Source: Candidatus Marinacidobacterales bacterium (GTDB taxonomy: Bacteria; Acidobacteriota; Vicinamibacteria; Marinacidobacterales; DATDRI01). From it: DNA of 64,000 bases. The DNA lies in the NCBI GenBank assembly GCA_965219415.1, contig CBDCNP010000002.1, positions 4,000,001-4,064,000 on the forward strand, written 5' to 3'. Under the pieces are notes generated by a model. It made no database searches and was not told the origin of the DNA. It saw only the letters and a list, made by a program, of their open reading frames with translations. Shown piece by piece: positions 18,879 through 28,560 of this stretch (the first letter of the stretch is position 1; every line of letters begins with the position of its first letter). The position numbers and the translations under genes are program-made.

Positions 18879-20333
18879 ATGAATTCCCGCAACACTAGGA
18901 AACCGCGGCCAACGAGCACAGCCGCACTGCTTCTCAGCTTCTTCTTTGGCGGGCTCCTCTTCGCGGGCTTTACTTCCCAGAAGCCCCCCACCAGCCCCAC
19001 CAACAACGATGCGCAAAGTGAGCTCGTTGCGAAGGGCAGAGAGATCTTTTTCAACGAGACCTTCGACGGAAACGGACGAACGTGTAGCACCTGTCACCGG
19101 CCCGAGGACAACTACCGGATCACGCCGGAGTTCATCGCATCCCTTCCCGAGGACGATCCGCTGTTTGTGCACGAGTTCAACCCCGATTTAAAGGAAAATT
19201 TCGAGAAAGCGGATTTGTTAAGAAAGTATGGGCTCATTCTGGGTAACCCCGCCGGTTTTGACGACCTCGAGAACGAGTATGTTATGCGCACAGTCTCATC
19301 CCTTCGTTCTGTGCGCACCTCCATCAACGGCTCCGAATTCGAGGGTTTCGAGAACAAAATTTCCTTCCTCGGGCCCCTAACGGGTTGGGCTGGTGACGGT
19401 TCGCCGGATGGAACGCTCCGCGGGTTCGCCGACGGCGCGATCAAGGCCCACATGACCAAGACGCTGAATCGGGTGCCGGGCGTCGACTACAGATACGCGA
19501 CGGACGAGGAGCTCGATGCCTTGGAGGCCTACATCCTTACATTGGGAAGACAGGAAGAGCTCAGCCTTCCCCTCCCCCTGAAGGGCTCTCGAGCGCGCTT
19601 GGGACAAGAGCTCTTCATCGACAAGGATCAGAAAAACGCCCGTTGCAACACCTGTCACATTAATGCGAGTGCTTCGGCGATGAGCGCCGATGCCCGCGCC
19701 AAGGGGCAATTTGTCAACTTGGGTAGCATCCACCTCAATACCGGCGAAGAGAACTTGGACAATGCTTTGATTCACAGTCTCCCGGTCGACGATGGTTTCG
19801 GCACTCCCGGATCCTTCCGGATGAATACGCCCTCGGTGGTGGAAGCAGCGGACGCCGGCCCTTTGTTCCACAGTGGCTTCTTCAATACGGTCGAAGAGGC
19901 GATCGACTTCTACAGTACCGACGCCTTCAACAACTCCATATCCGGGCGCAACATGGCGCGAGATTTTGGCGGCCCTACCAATCTGAGCGCTGCCGAAGTG
20001 CTCGCGCTCGGCGCTTTCCTGAGGGTCATCAACGCACTGGACAATATTCGGGAAAGCACCGAGCTCCTCGAGGAAAGCCTCGAAGTAGGCTGGTTGGAAC
20101 GCGAAGACAAGAGGCGCCTGCTACGCGAAGCCAACTACGAGACGGAGGACGCCATCATCGTATTGGCGGGCGTCAACCTCCATCCCATCACCGTGGCCCA
20201 TCTAAGAAAAGCGGAAAAACTGACCCAGCAAGCTCTGGACAGTGGGCTTTCCAGAAACCGTCTGGCCAAGGAAGCCCTCGCGGAGCACGAAAAGGCGCGA
20301 GCCAGTCTTATCGAGATCTCCGAAAAGCTCTAG
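18879..20333 (+). CDS. Di-heme c-type cytochrome, cytochrome c peroxidase/MauG-like superfamily
   Basis: Two CxxCH motifs (CSTCH, CNTCH), GREIFF/GQELF, MNTPSV..GPLFHSG, N-terminal hydrophobic segment. Confidence 0.8.
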   Translation: MNSRNTRKPRPTSTAALLLSFFFGGLLFAGFTSQKPPTSPTNNDAQSELVAKGREIFFNETFDGNGRTCSTCHRPEDNYRITPEFIASLPEDDPLFVHEFNPDLKENFEKADLLRKYGLILGNPAGFDDLENEYVMRTVSSLRSVRTSINGSEFEGFENKISFLGPLTGWAGDGSPDGTLRGFADGAIKAHMTKTLNRVPGVDYRYATDEELDALEAYILTLGRQEELSLPLPLKGSRARLGQELFIDKDQKNARCNTCHINASASAMSADARAKGQFVNLGSIHLNTGEENLDNALIHSLPVDDGFGTPGSFRMNTPSVVEAADAGPLFHSGFFNTVEEAIDFYSTDAFNNSISGRNMARDFGGPTNLSAAEVLALGAFLRVINALDNIRESTELLEESLEVGWLEREDKRRLLREANYETEDAIIVLAGVNLHPITVAHLRKAEKLTQQALDSGLSRNRLAKEALAEHEKARASLIEISEKL

Positions 20334-20359
20334 GTAAACCCTAGCGACCAGTCTTTCCG

Positions 20360-21502
20360 TCAGGCGCCCCAGATTTGCTCGTAGGCGCGGAGCAAATTCT
20401 CACCGAGCACCTTGCGAACGTCGGGCACCGACCATCCGCGACTTAACAACGCCTCTGTCACATTGGGTGTTTCGGCGACGTTTTCATAGCCTCTCACGAA
20501 GATCGACGCATCTACGAACATCTCGCGCGGGAAGATCGCTCGGTTGACGTTCCCGTAGTCGATATTTCGCCCCACCACGAAATCCGAAGCAAGACTAATG
20601 TGATCGACACCGACGAGCTTGCGCACGTAGTCGAATTGATCGACGTACTCTTCCACGGTCAGTTGAGGGATTTCATCGAGGTGCGCATTGGTCTTGTTCC
20701 GCACCAGAAAGTCGTTCACCGGAGTTAGCCCGACGACGCCACCTGTCTTGGCCACTGCCTCGATGAGGCGGTCGCTCACGCAGCGTGGGTTGTCGTTCAA
20801 GGCTTTCACGTTGCTATGCGTGCACAGCACGACGCGGCCGGCCGACATCTCGATGGCGTCGAGACTCGTCTGCTCTCCGGTGTGTCCTCCGACGTCGAGG
20901 ACCATATTCAAACCGTGAATCTCTTCTACCAAACGACGCCCGGCTCGCGTAAGCCCCATTTCAGGCTCGAGGCACCCGCCTCCGAAAATGTTGGCGACGT
21001 TGTAAACCGGAAGAACGATCCGCAATCCGAGCTCGTAATAAGCGCGAAGGGCCGTCTTGGGAGGACCGAATCGGGAGTTCTGCGCGTCGCCGAGAAGGTC
21101 GGCGCCCTGCCAACCGAAAACTACCGACAGTTTTCCGTCCCGATTCGCCTCGCGGATGTCTCGGACGCTCCTCGCAGCGACCAGATCCTGCGGATGCTCG
21201 TCGATGAACTTGTATGCGTCGGCAAACGCCTGTACACCACCGATGGTCGCGTGCCACCCGTCCACGCCGCCCTTCCGGAGCTCCGCTAGAAAAGCTTCGG
21301 TCAAGGCGGCTGGAATCAATCCATCGAACACGATGGTTGATTTGTGTATCGCCAGCGGGTCTGACCCTTCGCCCCCCTGACCGGATGCCCGTGGGGACAC
21401 CGAGCTCCGTGGAAAACTTGCAGCCCATCCGGCGGAAATCTCGGATAGGCTGACGGTCGCCCCTGCGAGGGCGGCCTGCCGCATGAAGTCTCTTCGATTC
21501 AT
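20360..21502 (-). CDS. Tat-exported membrane dipeptidase (M19 family)
   Basis: MNRRDFM twin-arginine signal; GLTRAGRRLV, DVGGH, THSN, NPR, GVDHISLASDF, VLGENLLR. Confidence 0.85.
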   Translation of the reverse strand: MNRRDFMRQAALAGATVSLSEISAGWAASFPRSSVSPRASGQGGEGSDPLAIHKSTIVFDGLIPAALTEAFLAELRKGGVDGWHATIGGVQAFADAYKFIDEHPQDLVAARSVRDIREANRDGKLSVVFGWQGADLLGDAQNSRFGPPKTALRAYYELGLRIVLPVYNVANIFGGGCLEPEMGLTRAGRRLVEEIHGLNMVLDVGGHTGEQTSLDAIEMSAGRVVLCTHSNVKALNDNPRCVSDRLIEAVAKTGGVVGLTPVNDFLVRNKTNAHLDEIPQLTVEEYVDQFDYVRKLVGVDHISLASDFVVGRNIDYGNVNRAIFPREMFVDASIFVRGYENVAETPNVTEALLSRGWSVPDVRKVLGENLLRAYEQIWGA

Positions 21503-21538
21503 CACCGAGTCCTCCTCTCTTTCGTTAACGTTCGCCGT

Positions 21539-23170
21539 TTACGAACCCGGCCGACCCTTGATACTTCGGCGCAATACGCGGCCCGGTTTCGCTCCGGTGT
21601 GCTGCCCTTCCTCGACCACCGCCTTCCCGTTCACGAGGACATAGTGGATCCCGGTTGGATAGTGGAGCGGGTCTTCGAAGGTCGCGACGTCGGAAGCCGA
21701 CTGCGCGTCGAAGATGACGATATCGGCCTTCTTTCCAACCGCGATCTGTCCTCGGTCCACCAAGCCCAAGCGACGGGCTCCGTGCAGGGTCATCTTGTAA
21801 ACCGCCTCCTCGAGCGAAAGGGCCCCTCCTTCTCGTACGTACTTCCGGAGTATTCGAGGGAAAGTCCCGAGAGAGCGGGGATGGGTCCTCGTTCCGCTAA
21901 AGCTCTCGAGCGTGATGGACGACCCGTCCGAACCGATGTGAACCCAGGGAAGCTGAAGCGCCTTAGCCAGATTCTCTTCGGTGTTGTTGAGCGTCATGGA
22001 GTAAGCGCTTCCTTCTCCTTCCAAGACGACGTCCATAACCACCACCGCCGGCTCGACGCCCCGTTCGGAGGCGATCTCGGCGACGGTCTTGCCATTGACC
22101 GATTCATCGGCGGAGCCGATCATCATTCTCTCCCACCGTGATGGGTCGCCGCCTCCGAGTTCCCGACCGATGCGCCGACGCATTGTCTCGTTTCGCAATC
22201 GCTCGAGCAACTTCTCGACGCCGCCTTCTTGCGCCCATGCTGGAAGTCGTCCTCGCAGTCCCCCCATCCCCCGGAGGTAGGGGTAGACGTTAGCGGTGAT
22301 GTCCAAACCGTATTTACGAGCCTGGTCGACGGTTCGGGCAAACTCATCGTAGTTCTCGCGTGCCGACGAGTTCAGGTGCATGATCTCCACTGGTATCTTG
22401 GCTTCTCGAGCGATACGGATGGCCTCCTGGAGGCCTCGAAGAGGCTCTTCTCCCGTTTCGCGAAGGTGGATTCCGTAGAAGCCTCCATAGTCTGCTGCCA
22501 CTTTTGCCAGCGCGATTAACTCTTCGGTCTCGGCGAATATGTTGGGGACGTAGGAAAGCCCTGACGAGAGCCCGACCGCCCCTTGCTCCATCGCTTCGTC
22601 GACTAGGCGTTTCATCTGCTCGAGCTCGCTCTCGGTTGGTGGGCGGTCTTCATACCCCATGACGCAAGCCCGCACCTGGCCGGAGCCGACGAAGGACGCT
22701 ACGTTGGTAGCGATCCCCTGCTCTTCGAGCAATTCGAAGTAGCCACCGAGTGTCGTCCAGTTTGGTAGGGTTTGGTGATCTCGCTCTTCGTCTGCACTCA
22801 GCCATCGCCGATCCGCTTTGCCCTGAATCGGACCGGCAGAAGACTGCTCGCCGAGAAGCTGGGTCGTGACACCCTGCAGGACGAAACTGGCGGCCCGCCC
22901 GTCTAGGACCAACGCCCGCTCGGAATGAGCGTGCATGTCGATGAAGCCAGGTGAGACAACGAGTCCTCGGGCATCGATGATGCGATCGGCCGAGCCTTCG
23001 ACATCCGGGCCCATCGCCACGATGGTGTCCCCGCGGATGGCAATGCGGAACTCTACCCCAGGCTGCCCCGTTCCGTCGATCACGTCGCCGTTGATGATGA
23101 GGATGTCGTACTCCTCGATAGGGAGTGACCCGAGGACCGCGAAGGCGGCCAAGCATGCGATCGCTTTCAT
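21539..23170 (-). CDS. N-acyl-D-amino-acid deacylase (D-aminoacylase) family
   Basis: ATG at 23170 with signal peptide; PGFIDMHAHS, GLSSGLSY, HLRE, IGSDG, HPRSLGTFPR, GKKADIVIFD. Confidence 0.88.
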   Translation of the reverse strand: MKAIACLAAFAVLGSLPIEEYDILIINGDVIDGTGQPGVEFRIAIRGDTIVAMGPDVEGSADRIIDARGLVVSPGFIDMHAHSERALVLDGRAASFVLQGVTTQLLGEQSSAGPIQGKADRRWLSADEERDHQTLPNWTTLGGYFELLEEQGIATNVASFVGSGQVRACVMGYEDRPPTESELEQMKRLVDEAMEQGAVGLSSGLSYVPNIFAETEELIALAKVAADYGGFYGIHLRETGEEPLRGLQEAIRIAREAKIPVEIMHLNSSARENYDEFARTVDQARKYGLDITANVYPYLRGMGGLRGRLPAWAQEGGVEKLLERLRNETMRRRIGRELGGGDPSRWERMMIGSADESVNGKTVAEIASERGVEPAVVVMDVVLEGEGSAYSMTLNNTEENLAKALQLPWVHIGSDGSSITLESFSGTRTHPRSLGTFPRILRKYVREGGALSLEEAVYKMTLHGARRLGLVDRGQIAVGKKADIVIFDAQSASDVATFEDPLHYPTGIHYVLVNGKAVVEEGQHTGAKPGRVLRRSIKGRPGS

Positions 23171-23353
23171 CAGAATCCCAGACGGGTTCGTCGAATACGA
23201 GTTCACGATTCTAGTACCAAAAAACGCCGGTCGCCAACGCTGAATGTAGTGTCCGTGGCCGGCACTGGCTCCCGTACAGGCGGCGATGCTAGAGTGGAAT
23301 GCCGAACTCTGGGTTCCCAAGGCGCAATAATTAGGATTTGAGGAGGCGAAACC

Positions 23354-24739
23354 GTGAAGAAAACAATCCTTCTTTTTGCCTTGATTTTTCCTTGTTTTTC
23401 CGCCTTTGTCCGTTCTGCGCAGAGCTCCAACCAGCTCGGGACCAAGGACCCTCAGAACCTGTTCGAAACGATCGACGAGAATAGACAGCGACATATCTCT
23501 TTCCTGAGGAGGCTGGTTGAGTCCACAAAAGAAGGCGAAGAGCGGGTTCAACGAGTCGTAGCTGAGAGATTCAAGGAACTCGGTTGCAAGGTTGATGTTC
23601 TGAGGGTGGTCCCAACGAGCCTTGACCTGAAGAATCAGTTTGCATCGTCGGACGTTATCGATTCGACCGAACGCGTGACCGTAGTCTGCACCATCCAAGG
23701 TTCAGGTGAAGGCAGAAGTCTCCTGTTTTTCGCTCACCCCGATAGTCAGCCGGTGACTTCGACGCCTCGAGACGGGACTCGTGATCCATTCAAGGCGACC
23801 ATCGTAGGCGATAAGATCTTCGGATGGGGTGTAGCAGACGACCTGGCAGGTGTTGCCATCATGGCCGAGGCCGTCGACGCAGTACGAACTGCGGGATTAC
23901 ATCCTCGAGGAGACGTGATTCTGGGTAGCACCGCGAGCAAGAGAAATGCACGCGGTATCATAGCCCTGCTGAACAAGGGCTACCATGCGGATGCCAGCAT
24001 TTACGTTCACCCCGCTGAGTCGGGCGTAGGATTGAACGAAATCAAAGCTTACGCCTCTGGCATGCTCAGATTCCGAATCAGAATCACTGGCCAACAGCCC
24101 AACACCACTGAGCCGGATCAGACGGCGTTCGCCCACCTTGGAACGAGTCCCATCGATAAGGCGAATTTGATCATACAGGCCTTGGAGAGACTCGACGCCA
24201 GGCGTGGCGAAAGAATCCACCATGAGGCTATAGATGCAGCCGTTGGGAGATCGACTAACCTCCTAATTGGGCATATTAGTTGCGGAAACGCCAAACGTAT
24301 CTACCAGATGCCGAACGACTGCGTGATTAGTGCGAGCATAACATTCCCAACGAATGAAGAGCTCAGCGCGGTCAGGAAAGCCGTTCAGAGCGCCGTTGTC
24401 GAGGCGGCCAACACCGACCCCTGGCTTGCTCAGCACCCGCCATCAATAGACTGGCTTTTCGGCACCCCAGGGGTGGAGGTACCCATCGACCATCCGCTGT
24501 ACCAGACGGTTAGTGACGCCATTCGAGCCGTCACGGGCGAGGCGCCTCACCTCAATCCACTCCACTCCGCAAGCGATATTCGAAACCCGATTCTATTCAG
24601 TGGCATCCCTACTGTGGGTATTGGTCCGCTTGGGGGAGGCTTGAGCGTGACAGGAGGAGAAAACGAGTGGGTTGATCTCGAGGACTACATTACCGCGATC
24701 AAGGTAGGTGCAAGAGTCATCGCAGACTGGTGTCGGTAA
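23354..24739 (+). CDS. Exported M20/ArgE-DapE family hydrolase with atypical active site
   Basis: GAGGAGG RBS and signal peptide; RSLLFFAHPD, GWGVADDLAG, dimerisation domain, ASD, GIPTVGIGP, NEWV. Confidence 0.83.
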   Translation: MKKTILLFALIFPCFSAFVRSAQSSNQLGTKDPQNLFETIDENRQRHISFLRRLVESTKEGEERVQRVVAERFKELGCKVDVLRVVPTSLDLKNQFASSDVIDSTERVTVVCTIQGSGEGRSLLFFAHPDSQPVTSTPRDGTRDPFKATIVGDKIFGWGVADDLAGVAIMAEAVDAVRTAGLHPRGDVILGSTASKRNARGIIALLNKGYHADASIYVHPAESGVGLNEIKAYASGMLRFRIRITGQQPNTTEPDQTAFAHLGTSPIDKANLIIQALERLDARRGERIHHEAIDAAVGRSTNLLIGHISCGNAKRIYQMPNDCVISASITFPTNEELSAVRKAVQSAVVEAANTDPWLAQHPPSIDWLFGTPGVEVPIDHPLYQTVSDAIRAVTGEAPHLNPLHSASDIRNPILFSGIPTVGIGPLGGGLSVTGGENEWVDLEDYITAIKVGARVIADWCR

Positions 24740-24817
24740 GCTCTCACGATCACGATCGAATAAAGCCAACAAAATACGTCTATTGGCCCCTTTTGTCCCT
24801 CCCTTTCCGTATTTTTG

Positions 24818-24845
24818 TTGACATGTCGAAAAACTGATCTATCCT
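24818..24845 (+). promoter_or_regulatory. Putative sigma70 promoter for the DUF885 gene
   Basis: TTGACA-16 bp-TATCCT. The -35 lies within the near-palindrome TTGACATGTCGA. Confidence 0.45.
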
Positions 24846-25018
24846 ACCTTGCCCAACGGCGCGGTGTGTTCCAGTCCACGGGTCCCCGCCAGGCCCGGCG
24901 TTCATATTCCTCTGTGCGTTGATGAACTTCCTCCGGTAAACGACTTCGGAACGGCTGGTTCGTCCCGCCCTCGGCGTTTCGAATCAACGGCTCTCGAACC
25001 CTGTCTTGGAGGGATGTC

Positions 25019-26713
25019 ATGAAACACTTACAAGTATCAAAAATCGCGATCGGCCTGCTTGGTGTGTGCCTCCCCCTCGCTGCCCAAGGGACATCACAAA
25101 GCGGTTACCAAAAGTTGGTCGCCCTCGACAAAGACTTCCTGGAGCTTCAGAAACCCAAGCAAGTCGACGGCATCCCGGACTACAGTCTCGACGCGATGAA
25201 GGCCCAGAAGAACGGCTTGGACAATGTTCGCCAACGTCTGGCGGCCATCGACGTCAACCCCTGGCCGATTAATCAAAAGGTGGACTATCTGCTGGTGTGG
25301 GCCAGGCTCAACGAGCTCGACTTCGCCCACCGCGTGATGCGACCTTGGGCCCGAGATCCGAACCTCTACCTCGACCTGGTGAGCCGATTGGCCTATATCG
25401 AGGTACCCGTCCCCGAAGGCCAAGCGGCTCCGGCGGGCCCGAGAAAGCTTCATCCGGTTGTTCCGCGCATGTCCAAGGCCGAGTTCCGCAAAAAGTTACA
25501 AGCGGTGCCCAAGATCATGGCCGAGGCCCAGACCAACCTGACGGTTCCGGTTGGAGAGCTCGCCCATACCACACTTTTCCATCTAGAGAGTTTCGACGGT
25601 GTGGGAGCGCGGGAGCCCTACCGCGATGAGCCGCCCGATGGCACCATCGGTTGGTACCAGGACTTGTGTGAGCGACTATCGCGGCACCAATCGGACCTCG
25701 TCGCCGATTGCGAAAACGCCCTGAATGCCCTCGAAGGCTATCGGGATTGGCTCAAGGCGAAGGTCGACGAGATGCCCCAGTCGGCCGCCATCGGAATTGA
25801 TAATTTCAACTGGTACCTCAAGTACGTCCGCCTCGTACCTTTCACGGTGGACGATCTCAAAGCCCACGGTGAGCGGGAGCTCCAGCGCTACCGCATTAGT
25901 TACATCATTGAGCGGAACAAGAATCGCAACTTACCCGAGCTTAAACTGACGCAGTCCAGAGAAGAGCACGAGGAGCGGACACGGAAAGCGGAGCAGAAGA
26001 TTCGAGCTCTTATCGCCTGGCAGGAGCTCTTGACCATCCCAGACTATATGCCCGCCGAGTTCGAAACCGACGTGTTCTGGAGCCCGAGAGCGCCGATCAA
26101 ACGGCACTTCTGGGAGGAGATTCAGTTCCGGAATGCGCTCAACAATCACATTCACGCGTCCATCCCCGGACACCGCTTCGACGTAAGGCTCCGGGACCAC
26201 CTCGACAGCCCGATCCGTCGTACCTACAATGACTGGAATCGCAGGCAAGGATGGGCGGTGTATCTCGAGGAGATGTTCGTACTGGCCGGTCTCACCGATG
26301 ACAACCCTCGCGCCGCCGAGCTCTTCTACGCTGCCCTCATGAAACGGGCAAGCCGGATCTTCGCAGAGACGAAAATGCACAGCGGCGAGTTCACGCTGGC
26401 CGAGGCCAATCAGTTGATGATTGACTCCGTTCCCTTCATGGAAGAGGACCTAGGGCGTTACGACCTGGAGGGTTATCTACGCCGCCCCGGCGGGGGGAGC
26501 AGCTACCAGATTGGGAAAATACAAGTCGAGCAATTAATGTTCGATCGGGCAAGGCAGCTGGGAGATGAGTTCAATCTGAAGGCCTTCCATGACGAATTTC
26601 TGTCTAAGGGCATCATCCCGGTAACCTTGATTCGCTGGGAAATGACCGGTTTGGACGATGAGGTAAAGCCGCTGTGGGCAGAAGCGGTTGGGCCGCAACC
26701 GTCAGAAGATTAG
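25019..26713 (+). CDS. DUF885 family exported protein
   Basis: Signal peptide; HASIPGH, QGWAVYLEE, SYQIGK, LGDEFNLKAFHDEFL..G.IP C-terminal signature. Confidence 0.88.
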   Translation: MKHLQVSKIAIGLLGVCLPLAAQGTSQSGYQKLVALDKDFLELQKPKQVDGIPDYSLDAMKAQKNGLDNVRQRLAAIDVNPWPINQKVDYLLVWARLNELDFAHRVMRPWARDPNLYLDLVSRLAYIEVPVPEGQAAPAGPRKLHPVVPRMSKAEFRKKLQAVPKIMAEAQTNLTVPVGELAHTTLFHLESFDGVGAREPYRDEPPDGTIGWYQDLCERLSRHQSDLVADCENALNALEGYRDWLKAKVDEMPQSAAIGIDNFNWYLKYVRLVPFTVDDLKAHGERELQRYRISYIIERNKNRNLPELKLTQSREEHEERTRKAEQKIRALIAWQELLTIPDYMPAEFETDVFWSPRAPIKRHFWEEIQFRNALNNHIHASIPGHRFDVRLRDHLDSPIRRTYNDWNRRQGWAVYLEEMFVLAGLTDDNPRAAELFYAALMKRASRIFAETKMHSGEFTLAEANQLMIDSVPFMEEDLGRYDLEGYLRRPGGGSSYQIGKIQVEQLMFDRARQLGDEFNLKAFHDEFLSKGIIPVTLIRWEMTGLDDEVKPLWAEAVGPQPSED

Positions 26714-26724
26714 GCTCCAACTAG
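26153..26724 (+). repeat. 572-bp direct repeat, copy 1 (3' end of DUF885 gene plus 11 bp)
   Basis: Matches 28561..29132 by eye, except C26161 vs T28569. Offset 2408 bp. Confidence 0.95.
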
Positions 26725-27196
26725 AACGTTTTTATGATCTTTTTTAGAAAGGTAAATCTAATCTAATACTGAACTTGACATAGGCCATCTATAGATTTTA
26801 TGCGCTTATAGCCTGGGGCTTTTGTGACCATATTAGGCTCACTGATATTTTCAGCAGAAGGATGGTTTCGCCAGATATCATTCTGATCAACCGTTAAGCA
26901 TAAGTACTGCCTAAGGCATTATATATGTCGATAAAAGCGCCCAGCTTTCCGGAGTCTCCAATCCCTTCGGGTCGCAGCCATACATGAGTTGAGTAAGCAT
27001 GTCGCTCTTGCTCCCGAATGCGCCGAAAAGAAGGCTGTCGTTCGTGGACCACCATTCAAACTCTCAACCTATAAGAAAAGACATGGGAAAAGACAAAGAA
27101 ACTTAGACAACTTTTAAAAAATCCCCGGTTCTTAAAAACGTCGTTTTTCAACGTCGGTTCTTAAGGAAAAATATTCTTTTAAAAAGGAAGATATTA

Positions 27197-28399
27197 ATGA
27201 AAAAAAGATTTAAGGCGTTACTAAACCTCCGATTATTCCCTTTCCTCATCATGCTTATGGCCATAGCGCTTATAAGTAGCTCCCCATCAGAACCTGATCC
27301 GTTCGATGTTAGTATTACCCATGTCCCTTCGGTTAACTATGCTGCCCCACAAGGAATCTACCTGGAGCCGGAATCTTCTAAATGGGCATATCCCACAAGT
27401 CCATATGCTTACACTCAAAGTCTTATCTGGTTCCTCCACTTGGTTTTCGAGTCACAGGAAGACGATACTCTTAGTTTCGAAGAGGTAGAAGCCTTATTTA
27501 AACGTGAGGGTGAAGTCCTTTGGAAAGAAACATTCTCCAGGGAATACCTCAGGCGGATGGAATGGATAAAGGGTGCTTTCGAGATGACTACCGAATATTT
27601 CTTAACGAAAATCAATATGGGGGAAGACATGATATCACGTGAAAAGGATATCACGTCGGAACTTCCTGCTGGAGAAACAATATCCTGGGTACGCATACCC
27701 TTTGCTCGTCCCTGGTTTGCACAGATTGACCGCATCGACATGAGATTCAAAGTTCGCGATTCTAAGGGTAATTCGGGTGTGCTTTCACATTCAATACCGA
27801 TTACCAATTATAAGCAAAAGGTAAAGCTGCGACTTCCATTCTCTGGCGTTTGGCAAGTAAGGGCCGGAAATGATCTGACCGCCGGTCATCGCCGGACCGG
27901 CTTGAACGGTTTAAGTACAACCGGCTGGGATTTTATGAAGGTTGATCCACCTGCCGATCCCGGCTATAGGGAGCCGATACTGGCAGCGGGCGATGGAGTG
28001 GTAGTGGATGTACGGAATGACATTACGAGAGTGGGTATGGAGAAACCGTACGAACCTGAATTCTTGAAAAAAGATACCGACCGTTTTATTGACTCTTTTG
28101 TCTCCATAGATCATGGGAATGGTGAGTATTCTTTGTACGCTCATCTAGATAAAGGTGGCATAGTGGTAAAAGTAGGAGACAAAGTAAAGGCAGGCCAAGT
28201 TATTGCCCGGGAGCGTTTGACTGAACATGGCTATCTCGGGTTGCATTTTAATCTGATGACGAAAGGGGAGTGGATCGAAGGGAAAGGACTACCAGCCATG
28301 TTTAGCGACTTCGAACGACTCCGGGCGGGCAAAGTTCCTGTGTATAAGATAAAGCTTGGAAACCCTATGTCGCAATGGTACGTCCGTCACATCGAGTAA
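27197..28399 (+). CDS. M23 family peptidase with N-terminal unknown domain, low-GC xenolog of 42851..44047
   Basis: LRLPFSGVW, GHRR..WDF, ILAAGDGVVV, IDHGNGEYSLYAHL, VKVGDKVKAGQ. AT-rich codon usage. Confidence 0.85.
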   Translation: MKKRFKALLNLRLFPFLIMLMAIALISSSPSEPDPFDVSITHVPSVNYAAPQGIYLEPESSKWAYPTSPYAYTQSLIWFLHLVFESQEDDTLSFEEVEALFKREGEVLWKETFSREYLRRMEWIKGAFEMTTEYFLTKINMGEDMISREKDITSELPAGETISWVRIPFARPWFAQIDRIDMRFKVRDSKGNSGVLSHSIPITNYKQKVKLRLPFSGVWQVRAGNDLTAGHRRTGLNGLSTTGWDFMKVDPPADPGYREPILAAGDGVVVDVRNDITRVGMEKPYEPEFLKKDTDRFIDSFVSIDHGNGEYSLYAHLDKGGIVVKVGDKVKAGQVIARERLTEHGYLGLHFNLMTKGEWIEGKGLPAMFSDFERLRAGKVPVYKIKLGNPMSQWYVRHIE

Positions 28400-28560
28400 T
28401 AAAATCTAACAAAAAAGAAGAGAATGGGACGACGACATGCGACGCCTGATGGCGTCCTACGACAAGCTTGAGGAGAGAGGCGTTTGCATACCGATCAATG
28501 AAGACCTCTTTTAAGGACACGACACGCGCCCACCCCTTGTCGGCTGCGGTGGATGCAGAC

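Noticed and set aside
23171-23698. Long N-terminal extensions in the ORF track (also for the ORFs ending at 8145, 47882, 54393, 57582 and 52562)
   Set aside because: Most overlap neighbouring genes. Downstream ATGs match an RBS, a signal peptide or the family start better.
24850-25018. Riboswitch in the long DUF885 leader
   Set aside because: No recognisable aptamer consensus. An Rfam scan would be needed.
26895-26935. TPR-like fragment IDIYNALGSTYA on the minus strand of the insert
   Set aside because: Too short and ends in a stop; cannot be told from chance.
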